Positions 38,761 to 57,093 of a stretch of DNA of 63,789 nt are shown here, piece after piece. Origin of the DNA: Stylophora pistillata (lineage: Eukaryota); contig NW_019218109.1 in assembly GCF_002571385.2 (NCBI RefSeq), positions 216,126-279,914 of the forward strand. The letters run 5' to 3'. Both the position numbers and the translations under genes were made by a program. Each line of letters starts with the position of its first letter. Within the stretch, counting starts at the first letter, position 1. The notes beneath the pieces are model-generated. The model saw only the letters and a program-made list of their open reading frames with translations, made no database searches and had not been told where the DNA came from.

Positions 38761-38785
38761 CTATAATGTCATACAATTGTGATCC

Positions 38786-38826
<41 letters not shown>

Positions 38827-38845
38827 CATCATCATCATTATTATT
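38786..38845. repeat. (ATT)n/(ATC)n compound microsatellite
   Basis: Seen directly. Confidence 0.9.
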
Positions 38846-39197
38846 CGCTTTAGCTATGCAAGTTTAAAATGAATGCGATACTTTGGGATTATTATTAAGA
38901 AGGCTTTCGATTTTAATAAAAATGATATTTATGATCTAAAAATTATTATTACTATTATTATTATTATCAATTTTTTTTTATCAGCGCCTTAGATTTTGAA
39001 TTTCAATCTTCAAATACAAAACACTCAGTTCTGAGTCTTTTTCTCCTTTAAGGGAGAGCCACTAGGTTATATCAAGTTGTCGCAAGTTGAAGCATTGAGA
39101 CAACAGGAAACTGGGGGGGAGGGGGATACATTCTCGTATGCAGGGTACATATCCGCAATCTCTTCTTAGCTGGGAGGGGGGAGTTCGAGCTCACTCT

Positions 39198-39265
39198 GAT
39201 TCAGCCGGAAACGTTTTGTTGATAACGTGACGTCACGTTAACAACAAAACGTTTCCGGCTGAATC
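39198..39265. repeat. 68-bp spacerless palindrome (one mismatch) centred on TGACGTCA
   Basis: gattcagccggaaacgttttgttgataacgtgac | gtcacgttaacaacaaaacgtttccggctgaatc. Confidence 0.9.
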
Positions 39266-42200
39266 TTGTAAGTGTAAGCACAGATGTCAGCTTATCGAGA
39301 AGTCTTCACCCGTCTTTTGTGAGCTTTCTTAGATATTAAGTGCAACAAAGAACTCTTTAATCTTTGATAGAGATGAAATGGTAATTATGTTTGTGTAATT
39401 TACTAAACTAACTGATTGGGAGGCTGTTTTATCAGTGAATGAGGGTGTTGTTATTGCGTGTTCAATACACAATGAATTGAATAGTTAAAATACCTTCCTG
39501 ACAGTTTTACTATCTGTATTTGCTTGTTTTGAACAAATTACTTTTGTTTCAAATCTTATTCTTTTATTGAAAGATTACCAAAAATAGCTTAGCGAGGAAA
39601 TATCATTTAATGATTAAACATAATCCAATGTCAGGTTTCACAGTAAATACTCTAGAAATTGTTTTTCATGGATTCCTTTCAAAACCATATGTAAATGACA
39701 GAGGCACCCATTCTCGGACTTCCGTCCTCGAATAAAAGCAATCGAAAGCCGTGGCTAATGGATCTCTGTTTGTCGTGCTGTTGGAGGTACTTGCAGCGAA
39801 ACCGAATAGATGAACAGTAAGTCCTTAAGATGCCGTAATTTGTAAACATTCAATTATTACCTCAAACGCTTGTATTCGTCCATGTTAGACGAGGTTTAAT
39901 GAGGTAAAATATATATATATTTATATATAAATATCTATAAAAATAAAACACACACACACATGTGTTTTCGCCTGCTAGCAGGCCAATAGCGGTTGGGAAT
40001 AGAACCTCAAAATTTTTTTCCGCGGAAATACCTTCACTCAACAGATTTCCCGCGCAGATCGGCTATCAGGTGATTTGAAGGGGTCAGCCAATTGCGATTC
40101 AGCGTTCCCACGCCTTGTCATGTTTGATTGACCAATAGAAAACTTATTTAAACAATTAGAATTGTGGTATTATCTGACCTATGCGTTGTTAGGTTATCTG
40201 GGCATTTAGATTCCTCTGAGTGAAAATTTTTTCCTAAATGAATCAAATCCAGGACAAGCCTATTCAAACACGGAGCTTTCCAAAACAAGAGCAACTTTCT
40301 CCGTATCCGAAGCGTTCTGATATAATTTCTCTTCAGTTCAAAATCTTGTTCACCGTCCTGTTCATTGATTGGCAAAACAAAATTCTAAAGACAGCTGGGA
40401 TTTATTCCCGCTCTAATTAAGGTAAGTCTAGAACCATATCAAACTATTTACTAGCCTGTCTTCGTGTTTGTCTGAGGATCTCAGCCGGTTTATGAATTAA
40501 AGAAAACGATCACAATTTTCATCTCCCAACAACTCTTTCTTTAAGTATTATTTTCAAACCAAGTTTTCAAATATCGCTGGAATGGCCCTCTAACTATCGA
40601 TAAATAAGATGATTTATAAGCAATTATCTGCTTCGAGTTTAAAAAGAAAAATGTTTTGTCACCGGAGCACGCGAATAGGCTGCATGCATTTGTTATTGTT
40701 AATGTCAGTAGCTCTGTTTATGTATGTATTGAGCTTTTACGCTGTGCCTGTTCTTCAAAGTACTTAATACACACAGGTTAACTGTCAACATGCCGCGTAA
40801 TGTTCAGAGTTTGAATTTTATCGATTGCTAGTGTTATAACACGTGTTTTTGTTCGAAGTGATAAGGTCATAGACGAGTCCGAAACAAGTCGACAGGCCGA
40901 TAGCTTTCTCAAAGTAAGCATTTTTAAACAAAACTCGCCTGGTCTGCATCTGACTTCACGAGTCAGTGTTTCTATCTCTGGAAAATGTGTGTCACTCTTT
41001 TAATGCGCCAGACATGACGGGTACCTAAACTGGTCAAAGTTCATTAGATTTCAACATCTAGTAGAGTTCTGCTTGTGAGACCACCTTAGAAATAGAGAAC
41101 GCCAGCGCTGAATTTTAGAAGACTGTATTAAAAGGATTTCTTCGAAGTGGAAGAGTTATCGCTCGAATACGAAGGTACGTCCGCGAATGTTTTTTCTAAA
41201 AAAGAAATGAGGGTTAAACGTGACTGTGATCGCGTGACTTTTCAGGTTGTCAACGTTCACTCATTCACGTCAAACTAAAGGTATATCGAGAAAATGATCT
41301 ATGTAGGCCGAAAATCGCTCATTGTAGATGTGTTTAGTGTATCCAGTACTGTGAGGTCTATCCTTTGCCAAACACGCGACGGAACTTTTCAGCTCCGGAA
41401 ATAAATGGAGAAAAGATGCAGTCTATGCTTGTGCGAGTTCAGGTGATTCATTAGAGGACGACCATAAAGGAATGAACAAAATTTTAAAATTCTCAAGCAA
41501 CACGGTTGTGTTGCGGCTGAAATAGAATATTTTGCCACTTTATCCTATCTGTCTACGCTATCGTTAGTGTTAAAAGCTTCAACTAGTGTTTGATTAAAAG
41601 AGGGTAATGGGCGCCATTGTTGGCTCCGCAAAATATACCTTAAAATAGCCTTATGTAATCTTCATATTGATGGTGACAGACACAAAGACAAGACGTGCGA
41701 GGAAAGGCTCCCTGGAACTGAAAAAGAAACATGTTTACCAGTTCAATGATGTATGCTTTGGTGATGGAAGTTGTGCGAGTCTTCCACTGAAGTTCAAACA
41801 GTGTACAATGATCATTCACCAGAATGGAACAATGCAAAACACGAAAACACCGACAACTGTTTTTTAAATGGTATCAATTTGTTTAACAGTCGTGTGCCAA
41901 TGATAAGCTGAAAAGCAATGGTCGGTGTTCAAACTAATGCAAAGCCTTCATGTGTTGACAGTAAAAGTGGGAATAAAAATTATTTTAGTTCAGCAATTGT
42001 CATCAACGCTTTCACTTCTCAATTAGCAGACGTATTCCTTTCTTTTAATCCGGACGTTTAAGAAATTTTTGATTGAATAAGCCCTTTACTGAAGCCGAAA
42101 AGAATCCTGTCTGCTTATAGAAAATCTAATCTTAACTTTATCTACTATTCCTTAATACCATATTATTATTTGTGAATTGTTCTGAGGTAGTTCTCAAAGT

Positions 42201-43403
42201 TACCGGGCGGATGCGATCACGTTCATTTCAAATTTTAAGACACTCTAAACTTTTCGTGTCGACCTTCCGTGGGGGTCTTGCTGATAGCTAGAGAGACTGT
42301 CTTAGGGGCACGCTCGTGATATCTAAATACGTTCAAGTTTATCGCGTGTGCTAATTACGATCCAATGCTTGGAGGTACTAGAGATAAGGAGTTCAGTCTG
42401 GGTTTGTTCTAGCTAATCTGCTTAGTAAAGCTGTTGCTGTTTACATTTTCCCCTGCTCACCATCACCGTACAGGGTGTAAATTACGATATCTGTTCCTTA
42501 AATCGATTTTTGTGTATCAACGATACCTTTGGGCGACTGTTTGGCTCCAGTTAGTTTCCTATCGTGTTTTTCTGTTTTTGTTTGTTTCCTCTGATAAAAA
42601 CTTTAATCCATTAATCAGTCAAAATGAAAAGATCACCTTTTTGTCGGCTTACCTATGTTTATTTATTTTTGTATTGTATCGGGCAAAATCAGGTCCTTTT
42701 ATCACGAAAGGCTTTTCGTGCCAGGAAATGAAATCTGCAGTTGATTGCGGAGAAAATAAGAGAGGAAGAAAGGGATTGCGGTAATATTTGGCCAGTCTGT
42801 CTGCTTCCTTCCTTCGTTTTTGGACGGAACAAAAGGCCGTTCGCAGTTAAACTGATCTTAAAATGCCGACCACGCGACAAATAGTTTTAAGCTGACGCGC
42901 GCCAAAAAGATTATAGTTTTATTCTGATATGATTATATGATAAGATTGCAAAGGTGTGTGGCACAGTGGACCAAGTTCAAAGTGACACGAAAGCCTTTTT
43001 AAACTGTTATTGTTTCTTTCCTTTGTACCTTTACAACAGAAAAAGGCTCAGCATTACTCGTGAGCCCTAAAAGCTGAGGCTTGAAGTAACGATTGTCGCT
43101 GAATCCTAAATTTTAAAAGGCTAAAACTCATTGTTCTCATTGCTCTGAGGCACCCTACCTACACCGTCGCTTTGACGCAAATTTTTGCGCGCTTCGTTTC
43201 ATTCACACTTTAGAGGAGCGTTTCGTTTCCCCACAGATAAATACTTCGCGGTCGTGGTTCCGATAGATTTAGCAACCGTCTTCTGCCGTTCACTCATATC
43301 TGCCGTTTTTCTTGTTCAAGAAAGGAACGGTCGAAAATTTGAAACAGATTTTCAAGCCTGTCAATATGCACATTAGGTCAATCTTTTTTCTTTTTCGTTT
43401 CCA

Positions 43404-43512
43404 GCGAAACGGTAGCTTTAAAAACTCTATACGGTGGCCAATTCACATTATTAACTCGGTTGATAAAACCAAATGATCTTGAACCATTACCGAAGCAGCA
43501 CCACAATTTCTT
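43404..43512 (+). mobile_element. Truncated copy of the hammerhead-associated (Penelope-type/retrozyme-like) repeat
   Basis: cgaaacggtagctttaaaaactctatacggtggccaattcacattattaactcggttgataaaaccaaa aligns with 56823-56890 but lacks CTGANGA. Confidence 0.65.
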
Positions 43513-43848
43513 TATTAGCTCTGCCAATTAATCCCTTACTTCGGCATCATTTCTTTTAGTCTTTGATTCAGCAAAAGTCAGTGATATTGTAAGAGGGGAA
43601 AGTCGATAACAGTCTAACATGAGGGTTGGAGGGTTAACGATGAATCAGAAATAGAACTAGATAGTGCTCATAATCCGCGCCTAAAGTCCAAGGAAAATGC
43701 CAACCATTATTTAGGACTTTGACAGATTACCGGTCTAACCTAGTTAAACAAATTTAGCATTGACTAAGATTGCAAATATAGCTAACAAATCCATCTAATC
43801 CTGTTTCTTCTCAGCATCTCTGAAATCCAGACAAGAAAAATATCTTCA

Positions 43849-46800
43849 ATGGATGACAATGTGGGACAAGCACTTTCTTACATATCACTAGGCGATCAGG
43901 ATCTTAGAAAACAGCGAACCGAAGAAGCTGTTATCCATTTCTGTAAGGCGTACGCTTTGGAGCCTGGTCTAGTGAAGGATCACCTGGTCGCTTTGCCACC
44001 AAATACTTTACATACTGTTCTTTGTACCTTAGAGGATTGGTGTATATGTGGAGATGACTCTGGAAGTTTATTAAATTCAGGTCTTACAGTTTCTCTTGGT
44101 CAAATTTGTGATCTCATTACCTCTAACGGCTTACGCCCGGACAGCCGTGTAGCATGGTCCACTAAACTTCGAGTGCAGATGCGGAGCAAAAAATTTTTTG
44201 ATGCCGTAACGACGTGTGTCGATGCCTTGAAGATATTTTCAAATCATAGCGACGTAGTTTTCTTTCTAGTCAATCGCGCCATGGCCTACCTTCTCCTGAA
44301 GGAAAAGAAGTTTGCAGTACAGGATATGATTGCTGCGTGTGACAAAGATTTTAACGCTGGTTTAACTTGCATTAAGGAAACTGGGGTGAAACTGCTTCCA
44401 TCTATTTTAGAAGCGCTCTATGACGTCATCGCTACACTTGCTCAAAAGGCAAAAAACTTCTGCGAGGAGGAGAGATTCTTGTTGATCAAAATTGACCGTA
44501 TCGTTGTTGGGTTAAATCCCGAAGATTCGTCAACTATCGGCGACTGCGCAAGTCACATGATCAAACTAAATCAACACAAGCAAGCCGTGGTCCTTTTGTC
44601 TGATGGACTGGATCACGTGACATCATTAGGGAAAAGAGAGACACCAGAAGTGGTGGAGCTGTTGCTTCAAAGAGCGCAGTGCTACTTAGCCCTGGGGCAG
44701 ACTGAATCTGCTTTGAATGATTATCTTTGCGCGGCTGCCATCGATGAGGATATCACGCAGATTACAATACTTTCTTTACCCCACCAACAACTAGATAACA
44801 TCACTGCTCTTGCTAAAAAAATCGCATCGGAGGTCTTGACCCATTTTCGCCTTAAAGTTAGACTGAATAACCCATGTGCTGTAGATGCCAAAAATACCGC
44901 TGACATCCTGGACAGAGCAGCGCAAATGTATAGGATGTTGTATATTCTGGACAATAACAACGTCGATGCGTTAATTAATGCTGCGGAGTGCTTAAAGCTT
45001 CAAGACAAAGATACCGCTGCAATCAGCACGCTTGACTTAATACTTACACTCCGCCCAATGTGTTCCAAAGCTTATTATACTCGGGCATTTTGTCACATGA
45101 AAACCGCTGACTTGAGTAACGCCTTTGCAGACTTCGACATGACCCTCGACATCCAGCCGAGTTTTGTTCAAGCGCTTTGTGGCCGCGCTTTCGTTTGGCT
45201 CATGAGTGGAGATTTTGGCAAGGCAGCCAAAGATCTGACAGCGGCAAGTGGGATCTCTATTAGTGCCACAGTCACCTGGATAACAGAATTACCGGACTGT
45301 GAACAGGAAACACTGAAGAATCAAATCAAGGAATACTTAGTAACGACCTCTAAGAAACACTCACAGAGTCGTGGCTCGTGCGAGGATGACTCGCTTGTCA
45401 CTCTAGGAAACGTGTTGACGCGCGCGTTTCCCACGGACTTCGAGTGTCATCATGTGTTTGTGGAGATATTACAGTCGCTGTGTAAGATGGATGAAGCGCA
45501 AGCAATTCTGGTTCGCTTAATTACACACAATCCCGATGACTATTTAGCAACGCTACATCTTGCTGTGTTGAAAATGAGACGAAACAGAACGGCTGATGCA
45601 CTAGAAGACATCTGCACTCTTCTGAAAACGATAGGCGAGGAGAAACTTGCGAGTGCAATGTTGAGATTAACGGATAAAGATCGCGCGCGTCTGACGCGCG
45701 AGTCGCATTGCGAGGGAGTACAGAGATTAAACACTCACCCAGGCGACGCTACAATAGAAGGATATTTTTCCGTGGCCATTGCTGCCTCCCCAAACAAAGC
45801 CTTGGAGTCGTACGTGTGGCGTGCGAAGTGTAGAATCTCGAAGGATCAACTCGATTTGGCCATCGCAGACTTAAATTCAGCGCTTGTTAAAAAACCTAAT
45901 CATGTTGAAGTGCTCTGTTTGCGAGGTCACCTCTTCATCCTGAAAAAGAACCGAAAAGCGAGCTACAATGACTTACTACTGGCGTTACTTCTCAATTCTC
46001 AAGCACTCAAGACTTTCGTCCTTTCACTTCCTGAAAATCAGAAGAATCTTGTTATGGGAACCCTTGAAGATTGTGTCCAAATGCTCTTCTCTCATTACCT
46101 AACACAAGGTTTCCGTTCCAAATTTATATTGAGGCTGTGTGATTTATTGGTTCAAATAAACAATGATGTGGCGTCTTACCACAGCCTGTATGCCGACGGG
46201 CTGATAATCTTTGAAGATTACCGAAAAGCCATTGAGGAGCTCGACATCACCAAACGACTCTGTCCCGAAGATGTATCGATACTCAGCCGAAGTGGACTCG
46301 TCCATATGAAACTCAATGAAGTTGAAATTTCGGCAGCAAAGTTTCGAGAACTGGCCGACGTGGATCTGGAAGCCTTGAACTTCGCGGCTAAAACTTTAAA
46401 TCAGGAGCAAAGGGAAATCCTGTGTAAAGAAGCCATGGATAAAGCAAACTATCATACTAACGTAAATCAAAATGACAATGCCCTGGGATTCTTCACGGTT
46501 GCCGCAGCCGCTACGTGTGAAGGTCAACTGAAGGAAATCTTGCGCATGCGTTCTAAATGTTTTGAAAGGCTCAGGCGATTTCCAGAAGCCATCGAAGACA
46601 TGACGTCAGTTATACGATCGGGCGTACCAATCGTCGGCGATCTTGTAGCACGCGGTAATCTTCACCTGCTTAATGAGAATTACAATGGCGCAAGTAAGGA
46701 CTTTCTTGTTGCTATGGAAGCACAAGAGCTAACAGCTATGACACTTATTTCGTCCTATCCCGGGAGAGAAGTGGCGATCAAAACTTTTCTCAAAACTGCC

Positions 46801-46944
46801 TCAGCTGATCTTGATCGGAAAAAGTTCGCAGATGGACTCAGGGTTTGCCTGAACGGGCTGAAGTTTGATCCAAACAATGCTGAGCTGAAAACACTGAAGC
46901 GAAAGTTTGAATTTGGTTTGAACAACAAGTGTTTCATCCAATGA
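43849..46944 (+). CDS. TTC34: Large TPR-repeat protein, TTC34-like, 1031 aa, single coding exon, C-terminal CaaX (CFIQ)
   Basis: 3096-nt open frame with many TPR motifs (LLQRAQCYLALGQTESALNDY; AYYTRAFCHMKTADLSNAFADFDMTLDIQPSFVQALCGRAFVW). A splice acceptor (ttctcag, 43814) precedes the ATG. The TTC34 orthology is from recall of the family architecture and is unverified; the TPR call itself is firm. Confidence 0.7.
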   Translation: MDDNVGQALSYISLGDQDLRKQRTEEAVIHFCKAYALEPGLVKDHLVALPPNTLHTVLCTLEDWCICGDDSGSLLNSGLTVSLGQICDLITSNGLRPDSRVAWSTKLRVQMRSKKFFDAVTTCVDALKIFSNHSDVVFFLVNRAMAYLLLKEKKFAVQDMIAACDKDFNAGLTCIKETGVKLLPSILEALYDVIATLAQKAKNFCEEERFLLIKIDRIVVGLNPEDSSTIGDCASHMIKLNQHKQAVVLLSDGLDHVTSLGKRETPEVVELLLQRAQCYLALGQTESALNDYLCAAAIDEDITQITILSLPHQQLDNITALAKKIASEVLTHFRLKVRLNNPCAVDAKNTADILDRAAQMYRMLYILDNNNVDALINAAECLKLQDKDTAAISTLDLILTLRPMCSKAYYTRAFCHMKTADLSNAFADFDMTLDIQPSFVQALCGRAFVWLMSGDFGKAAKDLTAASGISISATVTWITELPDCEQETLKNQIKEYLVTTSKKHSQSRGSCEDDSLVTLGNVLTRAFPTDFECHHVFVEILQSLCKMDEAQAILVRLITHNPDDYLATLHLAVLKMRRNRTADALEDICTLLKTIGEEKLASAMLRLTDKDRARLTRESHCEGVQRLNTHPGDATIEGYFSVAIAASPNKALESYVWRAKCRISKDQLDLAIADLNSALVKKPNHVEVLCLRGHLFILKKNRKASYNDLLLALLLNSQALKTFVLSLPENQKNLVMGTLEDCVQMLFSHYLTQGFRSKFILRLCDLLVQINNDVASYHSLYADGLIIFEDYRKAIEELDITKRLCPEDVSILSRSGLVHMKLNEVEISAAKFRELADVDLEALNFAAKTLNQEQREILCKEAMDKANYHTNVNQNDNALGFFTVAAAATCEGQLKEILRMRSKCFERLRRFPEAIEDMTSVIRSGVPIVGDLVARGNLHLLNENYNGASKDFLVAMEAQELTAMTLISSYPGREVAIKTFLKTASADLDRKKFADGLRVCLNGLKFDPNNAELKTLKRKFEFGLNNKCFIQ

Positions 46945-49179
46945 AAAGAGGCCAGATAGTTTTTTTCATGGAGATTTCCAGTCACGGAATGTCCTGAGAG
47001 AATAAGTTAAATTCAATGTGTGTTGAATTGGAAATACGAGATTGTTTTTCCTTCTTTGTTTTCTGGAAAAAGTTTGCCATACTAGAAAATGTTTGTTTAG
47101 TTCTTTCTTGACGCTTCAAAGGGAATAGTAAGTGTTTCAACTTGAGAAATGAATGAATATCAGATAGATTGTGACATGGAAACATTGAAGTATGTAGTTT
47201 GCATTGCGTTGAGTTTTCCTCGTGCAACTTGCTTGAGTCGTGCGATTCATTTTGAAATTACCCCGTGTGATGAAGTTACATAAGAAATGCTGAAGCTTAC
47301 GAGACAAAGATACGTTCACTGAACATTCACCTTATCATGGTCCCAAATATCGATATAACTTTCATGTTTTTTTTTTTATTTTCCTTGTGTTGTTTTCTAG
47401 AGTTTATGATTCAAAAAAATAAATACTTTCATTTTGCGATGTAGTTGTTGTTTTTAGGTTGTTAGTTAGCATCTTTTTCATTACTTTTATGTAATTTGTA
47501 ATTCAATTCTTCGTGAGCTAGCTTAGCGATACCTTCCACAAATATAATGACTACATTATTGTAATAGAGTATACGAGGAGTCGCTCCCTTTTTAGCGAAG
47601 TTCGTCGCGCGAGTAAAAAAACTGAGCAGAAAAACTATAGTAGCGCGCCGCTCGGACTTCTTGAGACTGAGGTCCACAATTCCACGCGGCTGAGTTTTCT
47701 TTTGACCTGCTCAACGGACCTCGCCTAAGAGGAGGAACTCGTTGTCTAATTTTAAAATGTTTCCATCATAGTTATCACAAGATCGCTTCCTCACAGTCAT
47801 TGTTCTCATTATCGTGAAGCAAGTTTACGAATCAGGCGATGTACCTCTACGATAGGCTCTAAGTAGCAGCGTATCTGAATATTCCACCGTCCTTTTACCG
47901 CGAGTCCATAGGTCAACTGAATGTCCAAATTTTACGAGAGCCGTTGCACAATATAAACACAAATCGACCCCACGATCCTGTGCGATGACGGTCTATATAC
48001 CAAAAAGCAACATTTCAGTCTTGAAACACTTAGTGATTTTTATTCAGTTATAATGAAAGCACTATTTACATCAACTCCTGAACGGAAGAAGTTCACATAT
48101 AAAAATGAACTGAATGGCACAGGTAGGAATAAATAGTAATATCTTGACAAGAAATTTACAATTTACAAAGGACATTTGTTGCTTAGCCAAACGTACATCA
48201 TTTATGCCAAGAGGAACTAATGACAGAGCAATAAACGTCTCCAAAACTGATTTAAATTACTTTTTAGGCTGCAAACTTTTTTAAAAGCACTCGCGTCTTC
48301 TAACTAAAAGCAGATTTCTAGGGTAAACAACAACAAACTAGTTTCAATCTTGGGTAACGTAAACAAACAAACGATGCATCTAGAGATCCAATCTGTCACA
48401 ACTATAAAACAAGTGAGTTTCGGAGAAAAAACTAAACTGCAAAAATTGAGAAGTTTGTCTTGCTCGCTGATGCAAGGATATTTTTTCACCAAGAATTTCA
48501 ATGGGATTGTCCACTATTTTTAAGATTCTAACTGGATAGAGTTTTAATCAACTATCAACAACCAAATATACTTATGGAAGCGTAATATTTACGATCTGAC
48601 AGAATCAATTACAACAGTTTAAAGCTAACGCAAGGAACTTAGATTGAGAAACTGTTTGCCAGGTTCACACTGTGCTTAATCAGAGAGAAGAATACCTTTG
48701 CACCTTTTTGCTCGAACGGTTCAATTCTTTGTAATGAAAAAAAAAAAAGGAAGTCATTTACACCTCAGATTATAGAGTAAGGATGTCATGCTATAAGTCC
48801 ACTAGATATTGTTTCAAAAAGACAGTATTAACCTTCTACTCTTAACGGGACGCAAATAAACGCTTGCATACCACAATCCATTTTTTTTCGCTCATGAACC
48901 ATCGAAAAAGTAGTTTCATCAATTTTCAGAGCACTTTTTCCTTTTCCTTTTCCTGTTCAATACGTCTTGTTCGTTCTGTATAGTATACAAGAATGGCCGA
49001 GGACGTATTCGATTCCTCGATTCTCGCCAAAAGATTAACGTCAGTCTCCATTTCCTCAAATTTTCCGAGTCAAACTTAAGATAAAATGTCCCTGTTTTCT
49101 TCTTCGTCCTTCTGTTTTTTGTTTTCTTTTAATTTAACTTCAGTGCTTGCCGAATATTACAGTGAAGAGGTAACAAACA

Positions 49180-54774
<5,595 letters not shown>

Positions 54775-56800
54775 GGAAATACAGAAGGGGTTACACCAAT
54801 CAAAGAAACTTCTTTCGAGACTCTGCTGTTCAAATCATTGAAAGAAACCCCAGCAAAGACAGTGATCACTTACAAAGTGAAAGACCTGTTTCTTTCCGCA
54901 ACAACTCAACGAACAGCGATGCATGCTTCTAAAAATAACCACTCTTTTAGAGTTTCCGCTGACCAGCTCATCCCACGCAGGTGCTTCGTATGATCGCAAT
55001 TTTCTAACATGTTTAAAGGTTATTTTACTATTTTTGTGATCATCGTTGTTTTCGTCCATACCAAAGGCCAATGGCCAAGGGTCGGAAACTAATTATTTTT
55101 GTTGAAGCCTTCTCTTCACCCATGAAAACGACTAGTATCAACCTGTGCCAGAGGCACGCGGCAATTGGCTCCTTGCCCGTGGCTACGTCACATGTTAAGT
55201 ATGTTTGGTAGGCTCGCGAGTTCATGTCTCTTAATTAAGCTAACTTAGACCAAGTTCTACTCGGTGAAGGGAAAAATTAAATTTTTTCCCGCTACTGTTT
55301 GTGCAGTTGTTTGGAATCCTTTATGCGCTGTGTATAGTGATATGTTATTCTATCTTAATTTTGAGTTTTTTAGAGAATCAAAAACCGAAAAATAAGCGAG
55401 CAACGCTGGCTGGACAGAAAAAAAAAAACAAAAAAAACAGAAGGCTATATATCCATCGATGCAAATCTTCTTTTCTCCCAAAAGATACTCCATAGTCAGG
55501 GAAACGGAGCTGTTGTATTGAAGAGGAAAACTTGGGCTAGTTTCTGTTGAGCCTTTTCTTGGCCACATTCACCACATTTCTCCATAAGCTGGCTCGTAGA
55601 CTGTCCGAAGACAACTGAGAGAGCATCTCCTCGATTTCTTCTTGGTTTCCACTCGAGTTGAGCCTCTGTCATTTATTCTGGTACAACTTCCGCCTCTCAA
55701 AATATAAGGTCACCATCCATTAACCCTGTTCAGGATTGAACGCATCCGCGAAAATCACAAATGTTTCCGTCATTTTTTGCAGAAAAAAGAAGACTCCCAA
55801 GATGACGAAAATTACGAGAGCAACTACGAAAATCAGGGCCCAACCAGAAAACAACGAAGTCGCAAAGACGTACAGAAATTCACTAGATTACAAAAAGTAC
55901 ACTTCCAGTAATTTGAAAGAGCTTTAACGAGAATTGTAATTTTTCATTTTGTACGATATTTGGTATTTCTACGAAAAATAGCGAAGTTCGCAATTTTAGT
56001 ACGATCCTGGACACATCTCGATTACTGCCATAAGAAACATTTTTGGACCCGTGAGTGCAGTTCAACCGGCAAGGAAATAAAAAAAGAAATTAACGACTTA
56101 TTTAGTGAAATTGAAATGAGTCATTGTTTTATTCTTCCTTTTGGCTCATGATCATTTGCATAAACCGTTCATGAAGTATTGTCTATGGATTGTCTGCGTT
56201 ATGGCACCAAGATTTTAAGTGTAAGTAGAGTTAAGTCAATTAATGAAATCTGAACGCAATATCAATTGTAACTCAATTGAAAATTACCACTGAATTATGG
56301 TGAAGAAAGGAAAGAAAGGGAGACAGATTGTATTTTCTGAATGATCAGTTAGAAGCTAATTTTCAATGCCTTTCTAACCCTTACTGGGAATTTCAAAGCT
56401 CCTCGTAGATTTCAAAACTGAACAGAAAAATTTTCAGAGGATGAGAATTTCTAAAAGGAATCACACTACAGAAACCTTGCTTCAGAATTTTTGAAAAAGA
56501 CCTTCGATCGAAAGATACACCAGCTAAGAATAGAAGGTGTACAAAGGTTTGTTGTCTCCACATCCGATGTGCTTTACCTCAGTGTGTTCTTGTAGTCCTA
56601 AGGCACGGTTTATATCAACGCGCAAGCCAGAGAAATTTAATGAATGTAGAAGATTAATAAGGAGATCGAAAAAAGATTGTTACACGGCTCTTAATACCGC
56701 ACCATTAGATATTTTTTTCATTTTGATCTAATCGCTAAAGATTCCTGCTAGAGTAGCGTGGGGCGTATGATATTTAACGCAACCGAGCCATGATGTATTC

Positions 56801-56834
56801 GTTCTGATGAGGGGCTAACCCTCGAAACGTCAGC
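56801..56834 (+). ncRNA. Minimal type I hammerhead ribozyme motif within a Penelope-type/retrozyme-like repeat (repeat ~56795-56893)
   Basis: GUU-CUGAUGA-GGGG-CUAAC-CCUC-GAAAC-GUC|AGC. The catalytic core is intact, stem II has 4 bp, stem III is the palindrome ACGU and stem I is GUU/AGC. Predicted cut after C56831. Confidence 0.7.
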
Positions 56835-57093
56835 TTTGAAACTCCTTACGGCGGCCAATTTAAATTATCAACTCAGTTGATAAAACCAAAATTACCGAGC
56901 TATGATGTACTCTAGGGGCTGGATAGACAGATAGACGCGAGTATAAAAAAATTAGTGAAAAAAAGTTGATGTCAGAGCGCTGCGAGAAGCTCGTGGAGTG
57001 ACGCTGATGAGCCGCACCAGCTCCATGAGTGAGGCGTTTTTCTTTGACTAGCGCGATGGACTTCGCCGAAAAGGATAAAGGAAGAACTGCTAG

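Noticed and set aside
41640-43376. Short ORFs upstream of the TPR gene as extra coding exons
   Set aside because: No TPR or other homology and no consistent splice phase; more likely intron or leader sequence.
43404-43420. Second hammerhead ribozyme
   Set aside because: The CUGANGA half and stem II are missing and the cleavage triplet is altered.
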